This document shows positions 7,371 to 14,913 of a stretch of DNA of 29,881 bases, piece by piece. Under the pieces are notes generated by a model. That model was not told the DNA's origin. It worked only from the letters and a program-made list of their open reading frames with translations, and ran no database searches. The stretch is from positions 1 to 29,881 of IMG/VR virus record IMGVR_UViG_3300033076_000586. One strand, given 5' to 3'. How positions within the stretch are numbered: the first letter of the stretch is position 1; every line of letters starts with the position of its first letter. The stretch is from a virus. Taxonomy: Duplodnaviria; Caudoviricetes. The translations under genes were made by a program, and so were the position numbers.

Positions 7371-8038
7371 CCTATCGCATCGCGGATTACTGGCCATGGC
7401 TTAGAATTGGCGAGGAGCGGCGATTAGAATACGAGTCGATAGATGGTTCGCAGGAGCCGTTTTCGTCCGTGTTTTGGTATGATCCGACAAGCCAAAGCAT
7501 GACCCTTTACGATTTTGATTCGGCTGGGCGCTGGAAAGATACGTGGTTTTACCGATGGGAGCCGAGCAAAGGCGGCGTCTCAGAGTGGCGCGACGATATC
7601 CAGAACAAGGGTTGGCTGGCGAAGCTATTCGGTCCGGTAAGCCGCGTCGTCTACTCTACCCCAATCCTTTGGGGAAACGTCCTGCGGCTTGGCGGCTATG
7701 CGATCAGCTATCCGAAAAAAGATCCGCTGCGCAGCTGGCCGCCATCGTGGCAAAGCGGCAAGCAAGTCGTTCTGCTCGAGGAGCATCTAGACAGCTTCAC
7801 GACCATTCACGGCGACACATTTGGGAATGTGCTGATATATCAATACCTTCAGCAATGGGGCGACACGGTTGCCGGCGCCCGCTATTGGGCGGCTCGAGAT
7901 ATTGGGCCGATAGCTGTCGAGTTCTTCGGCGTTCCTCCAGCCGACATGAAATGGCTCGGCGTCGACCATTCCAAAATCTCGTTTATCAGAACTGCGCGCT
8001 ACGACGCGAAGGTCAAGAATAGCGGAGTTTCAGCATGA
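7367..8038 (+). CDS. hypothetical Trp-rich beta protein
   Basis: 223-aa ORF with GAGG SD, coupled by ATGA at both ends. Confidence 0.75.
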   Translation: MTYRIADYWPWLRIGEERRLEYESIDGSQEPFSSVFWYDPTSQSMTLYDFDSAGRWKDTWFYRWEPSKGGVSEWRDDIQNKGWLAKLFGPVSRVVYSTPILWGNVLRLGGYAISYPKKDPLRSWPPSWQSGKQVVLLEEHLDSFTTIHGDTFGNVLIYQYLQQWGDTVAGARYWAARDIGPIAVEFFGVPPADMKWLGVDHSKISFIRTARYDAKVKNSGVSA

Positions 8039-8283
8039 ACGATCAGCGTTTTTATAGCCTTGTGGATCTCATGGAAGCGACGAATAAGGCTTGCGATATA
8101 TCTGCCCCAGGTCGAGACCTGATCTGTTACGAGGCTCGGCAGTCAATCAATAACGACGGGAATCGGGATTATTCCGTGTTTATCAAAAACGCCAGCCAAG
8201 ATGACCTGGATTTACAGAATCTAATAATGAAGATTTTGCACGATCAAGGGTTTCATGGCGTTGAAGTCGTTACGGAATGGTGA
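8035..8283 (+). CDS. hypothetical protein
   Basis: ATGA overlap; GGAG SD. Confidence 0.65.
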   Translation: MNDQRFYSLVDLMEATNKACDISAPGRDLICYEARQSINNDGNRDYSVFIKNASQDDLDLQNLIMKILHDQGFHGVEVVTEW

Positions 8284-8294
8284 TTTGGTGATAA

Positions 8295-8606
8295 ATGACG
8301 ACTAAAAACACCGGCGATTTATCACCAAGGCGCGAATTTGACCAGCTTTCCGAGCTAGCGGCGCTCTGGAAGTCGCGGGGCTACGACCGGAAGCCGGTCA
8401 ATTCTGCGACGACGGATCGATTCTGCGAGATTTGTCTAGTTCAGGCTCGCCGGCAGCAGGTGGATTTCCCGATCCTGGCCACTATTGCTGTAAACGATGC
8501 TAATGGCGTGGAACGCTGGCTCTGTGTTTCGCATGGCGAAATGGCGCTGAAAAAGAGGGCTGAGCGCCTACGACAGAGCGCTTGCCAAAACGGTGGAATG
8601 GTGTAG
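8295..8606 (+). CDS. hypothetical protein, possible Zn finger
   Basis: CEIC...CVSH; GGTGA SD. Confidence 0.6.
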   Translation: MTTKNTGDLSPRREFDQLSELAALWKSRGYDRKPVNSATTDRFCEICLVQARRQQVDFPILATIAVNDANGVERWLCVSHGEMALKKRAERLRQSACQNGGMV

Positions 8607-8711
8607 GTTTGGAGGTGGCGGGAGCGAGACGCAATACCAACCTCGCTCCCAACCGGTGGCCTAAAGCGTTACCAGCGCTTTTTGGCGCGCCATCACGAAG
8701 GCTCAATTCGC

Positions 8712-8993
8712 GTGGCAAACGAAAATTTAACATCACTTGACGAAAAAGACAATCCCCTAGGCATGGAAGGCTTAGAGGTTTTAGCGGCTGATTACGCCCA
8801 GAACCTCAAGCGTGACTATTCCTTTGCCTGTTACGAGGCGATGTCTTTTGCCGCCATCTGTCGCCAGCAAATCGAGCTAGGCGATCACGAGGGCGCTTTC
8901 CATTCGACGCAACGCTTCCAGAAAGCTGCAACTGAGGTTTGCCGGCTGATGCGTCGTCTTGACTCACATCAAAAGCGGGAGGGCGTCAAATAA
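8712..8993 (+). CDS. hypothetical protein (start uncertain: TTG 8682, GTG 8712 or a later ATG)
   Basis: Co-oriented ORF; GAAGG upstream of GTG 8712. Confidence 0.55.
   Translation: MANENLTSLDEKDNPLGMEGLEVLAADYAQNLKRDYSFACYEAMSFAAICRQQIELGDHEGAFHSTQRFQKAATEVCRLMRRLDSHQKREGVK
8724..8752 (-). promoter_or_regulatory. candidate antisense promoter
   Basis: TTGTCT-N17-TAAATT with TGn extension on the minus strand. Confidence 0.45.
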
Positions 8994-9460
8994 CAGTTCT
9001 CTGTCTTGGGCTAAGCTTTACCGTATGGGGCCCGGCGCAGAGACCGCGATTGCGATAGCGCCGACTGAGCTTGCTGCACCCGAGACCGACCGGCTTGCGA
9101 CACAATGACGGAACGAACGCCATACCAAACTTGGGTGTCTTTACTGACCCTTTCCGCACCCCGGCCTAGAGCCGGATATCCGTCACTAGGGGCCTCCGCG
9201 CCCCACTTTGCCGCAAATACCTATACCCGAAGCCGGGGGATATACGAGGCTGGCACGCTGGAGTGGTTCACCATAGGGGCTGCAATCCCTAGACGAACAT
9301 GACGGGTAAACGAGGGCAAAAACTGAGGGGTAGCGTCCCTCCCGCCGCAGCGATGGTTCGGGCAGAACGCCCAGCGGCTAAACCGGTATACGCCCTCCTA
9401 GTATGGGAGGCATCGTATAGCGGAAAGGGTCCCTATTGTCTTGTGTTAGAGGAGCTTGAA
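8994..9460 (+). ncRNA. large structured non-coding element (ncRNA or origin), family unknown
   Basis: Perfect 12-bp long-range helix 9146-9157/9420-9431 enclosing several nested hairpins; no convincing gene. Confidence 0.5.
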
Positions 9461-9661
9461 ATGCCTAGTGATTTACCAGAAGACGAAGGGTTGGTTGTCC
9501 CTCATCAAAGCGCAGTTTACGTTTTTCGGAACCAAGCCGGCGGGATTACGATACGAGAGGAGCAGGCCGATGGTGACGCATCGTTTGTGTCGTTCAAGGA
9601 CGAGTATGCGGAAGCGATAATTGATGCAATTCGGAAGGTAGCACGCCATCGACAGCGATGA
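9461..9661 (+). CDS. hypothetical protein
   Basis: GAGGAG SD before ATG 9461 (MPSDLPE...), preferred over the track start at 9299. Confidence 0.65.
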   Translation: MPSDLPEDEGLVVPHQSAVYVFRNQAGGITIREEQADGDASFVSFKDEYAEAIIDAIRKVARHRQR

Positions 9662-9984
9662 GGTTCCGTGGGATGAGTGAATTTAAGCTGGCCAGTGACG
9701 CCGACGCGCCAGACGTCGAGATAGACCGCGCGCGCCGTCTGTTACGAGATGGCGAAATCAGCACGGAAGATTTTGGATGGCTGATGGGTTACGTCGACGA
9801 TCAGGCCGAAGTCCCGTTCCACCGCATGACGCAGGCTCAGAAGCGGCGTTATTTCGCCCAGCGGCGACAGGCTGATTTGTTTGGGCCGGCTGGGGCTCGC
9901 AAGCGTCGGCGTCGTAAGGCAAAGTCTAGCTCATTGATAAGGCCGGAATTCTGGTCTGGAACGCAGGTGGAAGTCGCGAAATGA
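9658..9984 (+). CDS. hypothetical protein with Arg-rich C-terminus
   Basis: ATGA overlaps at both ends. Confidence 0.6.
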   Translation: MRFRGMSEFKLASDADAPDVEIDRARRLLRDGEISTEDFGWLMGYVDDQAEVPFHRMTQAQKRRYFAQRRQADLFGPAGARKRRRRKAKSSSLIRPEFWSGTQVEVAK

Positions 9985-10355
9985 CGTTGCGGGAAGAAAT
10001 AGCCGCTCTAATGGATAAGGGCGTGAGCCAAGGGGAAATCGTCCAGCTTATCCGCAGAGACCATCCAAACACCAGGCCGCATCGTATCCGTGAGCTTTAT
10101 GGGACGCTGATGGGTCCTGAATATTCCGCGCAGGTGAAGGCTGAGAAGGAAGCCAAGAAGCTCCAGCCCGTCGCCAAGCCCGAAAAGCCGAAGCGATATG
10201 TCGTCGAGGATCCTGAGACTGGTCAGAAGAAGATTTTCAAGGAGGTTCTGGTCGGCCTCCAGGGCTTTGACCAGACGGCTAACAATGGCGGCGGCGTGCG
10301 TAAGATATTGATAAGCCTGCCTTATGTTGCGTGGATAGATCGGGAGGAGGTTTAA
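9981..10355 (+). CDS. hypothetical protein, probable N-terminal HTH
   Basis: EIAALMDKGVSQGEIVQLI; translationally coupled. Confidence 0.65.
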   Translation: MTLREEIAALMDKGVSQGEIVQLIRRDHPNTRPHRIRELYGTLMGPEYSAQVKAEKEAKKLQPVAKPEKPKRYVVEDPETGQKKIFKEVLVGLQGFDQTANNGGGVRKILISLPYVAWIDREEV

Positions 10356-10357
10356 TA

Positions 10358-10549
10358 ATGGCTGAAGAAACGCTTCTGAGCGCGTCCCGCCGGGCTGTAA
10401 GGTTCTTTGATATCGATATGTCGAAGGGCGGGGTTATCACCGAAGAAACGGAATACGCCTTCCACGTTCTGCGTCGGGAGGTGGAGCGGGCGGCGCTACG
10501 GGATAAAATCGAGCAGCAGCGGCGCGAGCGCGTTTCGGGGGATAAATGA
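10358..10549 (+). CDS. hypothetical protein
   Basis: GGAGGAGG SD before ATG 10358. Confidence 0.65.
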   Translation: MAEETLLSASRRAVRFFDIDMSKGGVITEETEYAFHVLRREVERAALRDKIEQQRRERVSGDK

Positions 10550-11055
10550 TGCCGCAGATATCTCCACCGCATCGCTACGCCAACGGGCGCAAAAAGCGAG
10601 CGTCTAGGGCCGTGGATAGGCTCAACGAGGCGAATGCGGATGATATGGCTAGGGCCATGGCTACCGCGCTCAGCGGCCCTCACAGGCGCGGCAATAGCGA
10701 CCCTCTATGCGAAAGCCCGATAGGTCGTTTCGTCCTGAGGTTCTCGCTCGCCAGGGAATGCGCCGATGCGGCGTTGCTCTACGGCGACGTGACGGGCAAA
10801 TGGCGGGCTGCGATCCTGGCTCCGACACCTGATCGGATTGGCGGGAGCGGGGCTGAGCCCGACGAGGCGCTGGTTAAACGCTGGGAAGAGGATTTGTCGG
10901 AGTGGCGCCGGGCGATGCTGGATGGCGGGGGGAAACGCGCGCGAATACAATGCGACGCGATGATTTTGGACCTTATGGAATTCTCCCCCGGATTCGACTT
11001 CCAAGGCTGCGTTAGTTGCTTGATTTCATTGGCAAAAGCGCAGGGTAAATTATAG
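10546..11055 (+). CDS. hypothetical protein, possible late-transcription regulator (DUF6456-like)
   Basis: Last early gene before the late promoter (Q position); ESPIGR motif resembles DUF6456 proteins from memory. Confidence 0.55.
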   Translation: MMPQISPPHRYANGRKKRASRAVDRLNEANADDMARAMATALSGPHRRGNSDPLCESPIGRFVLRFSLARECADAALLYGDVTGKWRAAILAPTPDRIGGSGAEPDEALVKRWEEDLSEWRRAMLDGGGKRARIQCDAMILDLMEFSPGFDFQGCVSCLISLAKAQGKL

Positions 11056-11056
11056 G

Positions 11057-11085
11057 TTGACGGCGTCTACGTTATAATGTAGCGT
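11057..11085 (+). promoter_or_regulatory. late-operon promoter with palindromic site in the spacer
   Basis: TTGACG-N17-TAGCGT; near-palindrome CTACGTTATAATGTAG at 11067-11082. Confidence 0.6.
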
Positions 11086-11125
11086 CACGGTTGGCATCAT
11101 CCACAATTTCGCTTTGGAGCAGGGC

Positions 11126-11356
11126 ATGGACCCTAGATCGGCGGCGGCTCAGGCTGGCTATGTGGATGTTGAGCTTTTGCTATTTTCCTGCGCCAAGGCA
11201 TTCGGGCAAGCCAAGTCCTGGGAGGATTTGGATGCTGCCTGGAAGGATCTTGTGAAGCCTGTTCAGGGGCAGCTGTCAGATACGGCGCTGAGCATTCTCG
11301 AAAGCCTGTTTGCTCTTAATCTCACGGTTATCGGCAAGGGCCGCGCTGATGGATAG
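11126..11356 (+). CDS. hypothetical protein
   Basis: GGAG SD before ATG 11126; first gene after the late promoter. Confidence 0.6.
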   Translation: MDPRSAAAQAGYVDVELLLFSCAKAFGQAKSWEDLDAAWKDLVKPVQGQLSDTALSILESLFALNLTVIGKGRADG

Positions 11357-11435
11357 GGCTGAATACGAGCTTTATCTGGCGCTTTTGCTTGAGGCTGTTC
11401 TGAACGGCTCGACGGGCGTTTCAGATGAGCGCTGA
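11349..11435 (+). CDS. 28-aa microprotein (not in ORF track)
   Basis: MDRAEYELYLALLLEAVLNGSTGVSDER; bridges its neighbours with overlaps. Confidence 0.4.
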   Translation: MDRAEYELYLALLLEAVLNGSTGVSDER

Positions 11436-11772
11436 CCCGCAGCTTTTGCGTAGGATGCTGGCTAAGGTGGATGCGACGGATCGTTTCGAAGAGACTGAGC
11501 GGAAGCTAGACGCGGTTCTCCGCGCTTGCCAATTGATGTTGCATCTCAACGACTTACACGGTAGGCGCATGACGGCTTTGACGGATGCTTTGGGCGCTCA
11601 TATTGATCGCTTAGCCTCTCGCATTGCTGAGGCGACTAGCCAGGCTGAGGCTTTGTCGTCTCTTCAGCAGCAGAAGGCGGATATTGAGGGTCGTTTCGCG
11701 ACGCTTCAGGCTCAGTTCGATGAGCAGAGCGCTTCTCTACAGGCTGCGATCGATCGACTGGCGGGTATATGA
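11425..11772 (+). CDS. coiled-coil protein
   Basis: Heptad-rich A/Q/L sequence. Confidence 0.65.
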   Translation: MSADPQLLRRMLAKVDATDRFEETERKLDAVLRACQLMLHLNDLHGRRMTALTDALGAHIDRLASRIAEATSQAEALSSLQQQKADIEGRFATLQAQFDEQSASLQAAIDRLAGI

Positions 11773-11888
11773 TGGCTAAGGTTACGATCAAGAAGGCTCC
11801 GAAGCCTAAGACGATTAAGCTGAAGCCTTCGGTTTCCACCACTTCCCTCGCCAAGCTAAAGGCAAGGGCGAGCAAGATTGTCAGGTAA
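11769..11888 (+). CDS. 39-aa Lys-rich basic protein (not in ORF track)
   Basis: MMAKVTIKKAPKPKTIKLKPSVSTTSLAKLKARASKIVR; ATGA overlap. Confidence 0.6.
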   Translation: MMAKVTIKKAPKPKTIKLKPSVSTTSLAKLKARASKIVR

Positions 11889-11900
11889 GGAGCTGGTTCA

Positions 11901-12068
11901 ATGAAGGGTAAGTCACCGAAGGCTGTCGAAAACAGCATGTATCACAACAAGGCTGATCGGAAGGCGGATAGCGTTTCGACGCCTAAGCCTAAGCGTGGCG
12001 ATAGCCGGTCAAAGCAGACCATGGGCAATATTAAGCCACAGGCTCCTTGTGGGAAATTTCACGGATGA
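11901..12068 (+). CDS. 55-aa basic protein (not in ORF track)
   Basis: AAGGAG SD; MKGKSPKAVENSMYHNKADRKADSVSTPKPKRGDSRSKQTMGNIKPQAPCGKFHG. Confidence 0.65.
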   Translation: MKGKSPKAVENSMYHNKADRKADSVSTPKPKRGDSRSKQTMGNIKPQAPCGKFHG

Positions 12069-12523
12069 AAACTGGTCCAAAGCCCAAGGCCGTTTTGGAT
12101 CTATTTAACCGTAACTTTATCCCGGAGCCAAATTCAGGGTGCTGGATTTGGACTGGGCCAACAAAGCAGCATGGATATGGAAGGCTAAACCTTAGGCATA
12201 GGGGTCTTGGGCAGCCTGCCGCGCATAGACTGGCGTATCAGTTGTATTGTGGCGAGATCGGCGATGAGCTTCACGTCTGCCATAAGTGCGATAATGTGCT
12301 GTGCGTAAACCCAGACCACCTTTTTCTTGGGACTAGAAGCGACAACTTGAGCGATGCTGCTAAGAAGCGTAGGTTAGCTACTCATAAGCTTACCGCTGAG
12401 CAAGTTGCTGATATTCGCTCAAAACGCATGAGCGAGTCAAAGTTTGCGGCTCTTTACGGTGTTAGTAGAGGGTCTATAAACGATATTCACCGCGGAAACT
12501 CATGGGGATGGTTAAATGGCTAA
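12065..12523 (+). CDS. HNH homing endonuclease with C-terminal HTH
   Basis: PEPNSGCWIWTG...AHRLAY...VCHKCDNVLCVNPDHLFLGTRSDN. Confidence 0.9.
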   Translation: MKTGPKPKAVLDLFNRNFIPEPNSGCWIWTGPTKQHGYGRLNLRHRGLGQPAAHRLAYQLYCGEIGDELHVCHKCDNVLCVNPDHLFLGTRSDNLSDAAKKRRLATHKLTAEQVADIRSKRMSESKFAALYGVSRGSINDIHRGNSWGWLNG

Positions 12524-12683
12524 GTCAATGATTGGCGCCGGTCTCGGCAAATCCAAGTCGGCTGGGCTTTCTTCTCGTTCTCCCAAAGACGCGGGCTCGC
12601 CGAGCGTTAAGCCGAAGTCAGGAGCTGTTGTCGGTGTTCGTAAGAGCAACAACAAGCGCTCCATGGGAAGGAAAGGCTGCTAA
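12516..12683 (+). CDS. 55-aa basic S/G/K-rich protein (not in ORF track)
   Basis: MAKSMIGAGLGKSKSAGLSSRSPKDAGSPSVKPKSGAVVGVRKSNNKRSMGRKGC; fills the gap before TerS. Confidence 0.6.
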   Translation: MAKSMIGAGLGKSKSAGLSSRSPKDAGSPSVKPKSGAVVGVRKSNNKRSMGRKGC

Positions 12684-12684
12684 A

Positions 12685-12933
12685 GTGGCTGGTCGGCCTG
12701 TTGGTTCTGGCGCTGGCGTAAAGCTAAGCCAGAGCCATAGAGATAAAATCGCAAACTCTAATATTCTTAGCTACTTGATTTCTCACGCAGAAGGCTCTCG
12801 AGAGATGTCTCCGACGCAGGTTACTGCGGCCATTGCGTTGCTGAAAAAGTGTTTGCCGGATTTGCAAGCTGTTCAGCATACGGGAGATGAAGGCGGCCCG
12901 GTGAAAATCCAAATTGGCTGGATCAAGGAGTGA
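12685..12933 (+). CDS. terminase small subunit (probable)
   Basis: GTG start MAGRP...; 'MSPTQVTAAIALLKKCLPDL..V.HTGDEGGPV' resembles short TerS proteins; upstream of TerL. Confidence 0.65.
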   Translation: MAGRPVGSGAGVKLSQSHRDKIANSNILSYLISHAEGSREMSPTQVTAAIALLKKCLPDLQAVQHTGDEGGPVKIQIGWIKE

Positions 12934-12940
12934 GGTTTCT

Positions 12941-13102
12941 ATGAAGGGTTTAAAAATTAAGGCTGGGGAGTATGGCGGATACGCCGTATTGTCCTGGAAT
13001 TCTTATGGTGATTCGATCGATTTTTTGTTCTCTGGATCTCTTGATGAGTGCCTAGCGTTTATGAAGTCGCGGTCAGAGGCTGCTCGGAATAAATGCAGCT
13101 AA
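12941..13102 (+). CDS. small hypothetical protein between TerS and TerL
   Basis: GAGG SD before ATG 12941. Confidence 0.55.
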   Translation: MKGLKIKAGEYGGYAVLSWNSYGDSIDFLFSGSLDECLAFMKSRSEAARNKCS

Positions 13103-14385
13103 CGATCCCTTATAAGCCTCGAGAGCAGTTCCAGACTTTCCATGATCGGACGCAGCGGTGGTCTTGCATTGTTGCGCATCGCCGTGCTGGCAAGACGACG
13201 GCCTGCATTAATGATCTGTTGCGTTCGGCGATTAATTGCCAGAATGATCGTCCTCGGTTCGCATATATCAGTCCATTGCTGAAGCAGTCCAAGGACATTG
13301 CCTGGGACGCTTTGAAGGCATATGCGGCTCCATTGAAAGCGATAGGAGCGGAATTTAATGAAAGCGAGCTTAGAGTTGATCTCCCTAGCGGCGGTCGCAT
13401 ACGTATTTATGGGGCTGATAACCCTGATAGCCTCCGGGGCATTTATCTCGATGGTGTGGTTATCGATGAGCCGGCGCAGATCCGCCCGAGCCTCTGGACA
13501 GAGGTTGTTCGCCCGGCGCTGAGTGATAGGCAAGGCTGGGCGGTGTTTATCGGCACGCCAAATGGAAAGAACGAGTTTTACGATATCGCCGAGCGCGCCA
13601 AGGCCAGCGACGAATGGTTCTATCTACAGCTGAAAGCCTCGGAAACCGGGCTGATAAGCGCCGACGAGCTCTACGACGCTCGCCAGCAAATGGGCGAGGA
13701 TCGCTATGAGCAAGAATACGAGTGCTCGTTTGAGGCGGCTATCCAAGGCTCCTTCTACGCCGACGCTCTCAAGCGAATGCGGGAAGAGGGCAGGCTGGGA
13801 CGGCTTCCAATTGAGCGAGCCATTCCTGTTTATACCGGATTCGACTTGGGGATTTCTGATTCGACCGCCATCTGGTTCGTCCAAGTGGTTGGGAAGGAAA
13901 TTCGGCTTATCGACTACGAGGAATTTTCTGGCGTCGGGTTTGAGCATTACGCAAAGGTGCTACGTGACCGCGGTTACATATACGGCAGTCACTATTTCCC
14001 TCATGATATTGCTGTTAGGGAGCTTTCTAACGGCGTTAGCCGACTGGAAACGCTTCGCGGATTTGGGATCGGCGATATCCAAGTCGTTCCGCAGCATAAC
14101 GTCCTCGACGGAGTGAATGCGGTTCGCCGGATGCTGGATCGTTGCTGGGTTGACGAGACGCGCTGTAAGCGGGGCTTGGAATGCCTATGGCAGTATCGTC
14201 GCGAATGGGACGAGAAGAATAGGATCTGGAAAACCAATCCCTTACATGACTGGACCAGTCATGGCGCGGACGCGCTACGATATTTCGCAGCTGGATTCGT
14301 CGAGCCGCAACTGAAAACTGCGGCTGATCGCTGGGCTGATTATGGGAAGGGAAAGACTGGCGGTGCATCGTGGCTGACTGCCTGA
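13093..14385 (+). CDS. terL: terminase large subunit
   Basis: Walker A HRRAGKT, Walker B GVVIDE, FIGTPNG, nuclease FDLG and SHGADALRY. Confidence 0.95.
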   Translation: MQLTIPYKPREQFQTFHDRTQRWSCIVAHRRAGKTTACINDLLRSAINCQNDRPRFAYISPLLKQSKDIAWDALKAYAAPLKAIGAEFNESELRVDLPSGGRIRIYGADNPDSLRGIYLDGVVIDEPAQIRPSLWTEVVRPALSDRQGWAVFIGTPNGKNEFYDIAERAKASDEWFYLQLKASETGLISADELYDARQQMGEDRYEQEYECSFEAAIQGSFYADALKRMREEGRLGRLPIERAIPVYTGFDLGISDSTAIWFVQVVGKEIRLIDYEEFSGVGFEHYAKVLRDRGYIYGSHYFPHDIAVRELSNGVSRLETLRGFGIGDIQVVPQHNVLDGVNAVRRMLDRCWVDETRCKRGLECLWQYRREWDEKNRIWKTNPLHDWTSHGADALRYFAAGFVEPQLKTAADRWADYGKGKTGGASWLTA

Positions 14386-14843
14386 CCTACGAAGAAGCGC
14401 ACAAGGCGTTCAGGTATGACCCTGAGACCGGCAAGCTATTCCGCCAGGCTGGCAAGTTTGCCGGCAAAGAAGCTTCTTCTTGGTGCGCAAGAGGATATGG
14501 CCACGTTTGGCACGGCAAGCATTATTTTACGCATCGCATCATTTGGCTGATGCACTATGGAGAGTTCCCTGTCGGAGAGGTCGATCATATCGATTTAGAC
14601 AAGGGAAACAATAGGATAGAAAATCTTCGGCAAGCGACAAAATCGCAGAATCAGGCTAATGTCCCTGGCCGCATTCGTGGCAGGCTGAAGGGTGCAAGCC
14701 AACTGAATGGTAAATGGCGCGCAAAGATCAAGGTTCGTGGCAGATACCTGTTCCTTGGATACTATGCGACCGAGCAAGAGGCTCACGAAGCTTACAAGCG
14801 CGCCGCTATCAAGCATTTCGGCGAATTCGCAAGGGCCGCATAG
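14370..14843 (+). CDS. HNH homing endonuclease with AP2-like domain
   Basis: YDPETG...HRIIW...VDHIDLDKGNNRIENLR.AT.SQN; KWRAKI...LGYY.T..EA..AY. Confidence 0.9.
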   Translation: MADCLTYEEAHKAFRYDPETGKLFRQAGKFAGKEASSWCARGYGHVWHGKHYFTHRIIWLMHYGEFPVGEVDHIDLDKGNNRIENLRQATKSQNQANVPGRIRGRLKGASQLNGKWRAKIKVRGRYLFLGYYATEQEAHEAYKRAAIKHFGEFARAA

Positions 14844-14913
14844 CCTACCTCTGGTTGCAATTCCTCTGTCTGGTGCGCCCAAACACGGGCCTGATACCAA
14901 TCGTAGGTTGTAA

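Noticed and set aside
9020-9436. Group II or group I intron, or RNase P RNA, as the identity of the structured region
   Set aside because: The terminal hairpin and the CCCTAT end look superficially like group II domains V/VI. However, there is no GUGYG 5' end, no AGC/CGC triad in a canonical domain V, no group I P7 motif, no GAGGAAAGUCC and no obviously split gene.
9105-9460. ORF 9105..9302 and the N-terminal extension of 9299..9661
   Set aside because: Neither has an SD or protein-like composition, both overlap dense stems, and a strong GAGGAG SD marks 9461 as the start.
12532-12684. N-terminal 51 aa of the track ORF 12532..12933
   Set aside because: The region is better explained by a separate 55-aa ORF (12516..12683), with TerS starting at GTG 12685.
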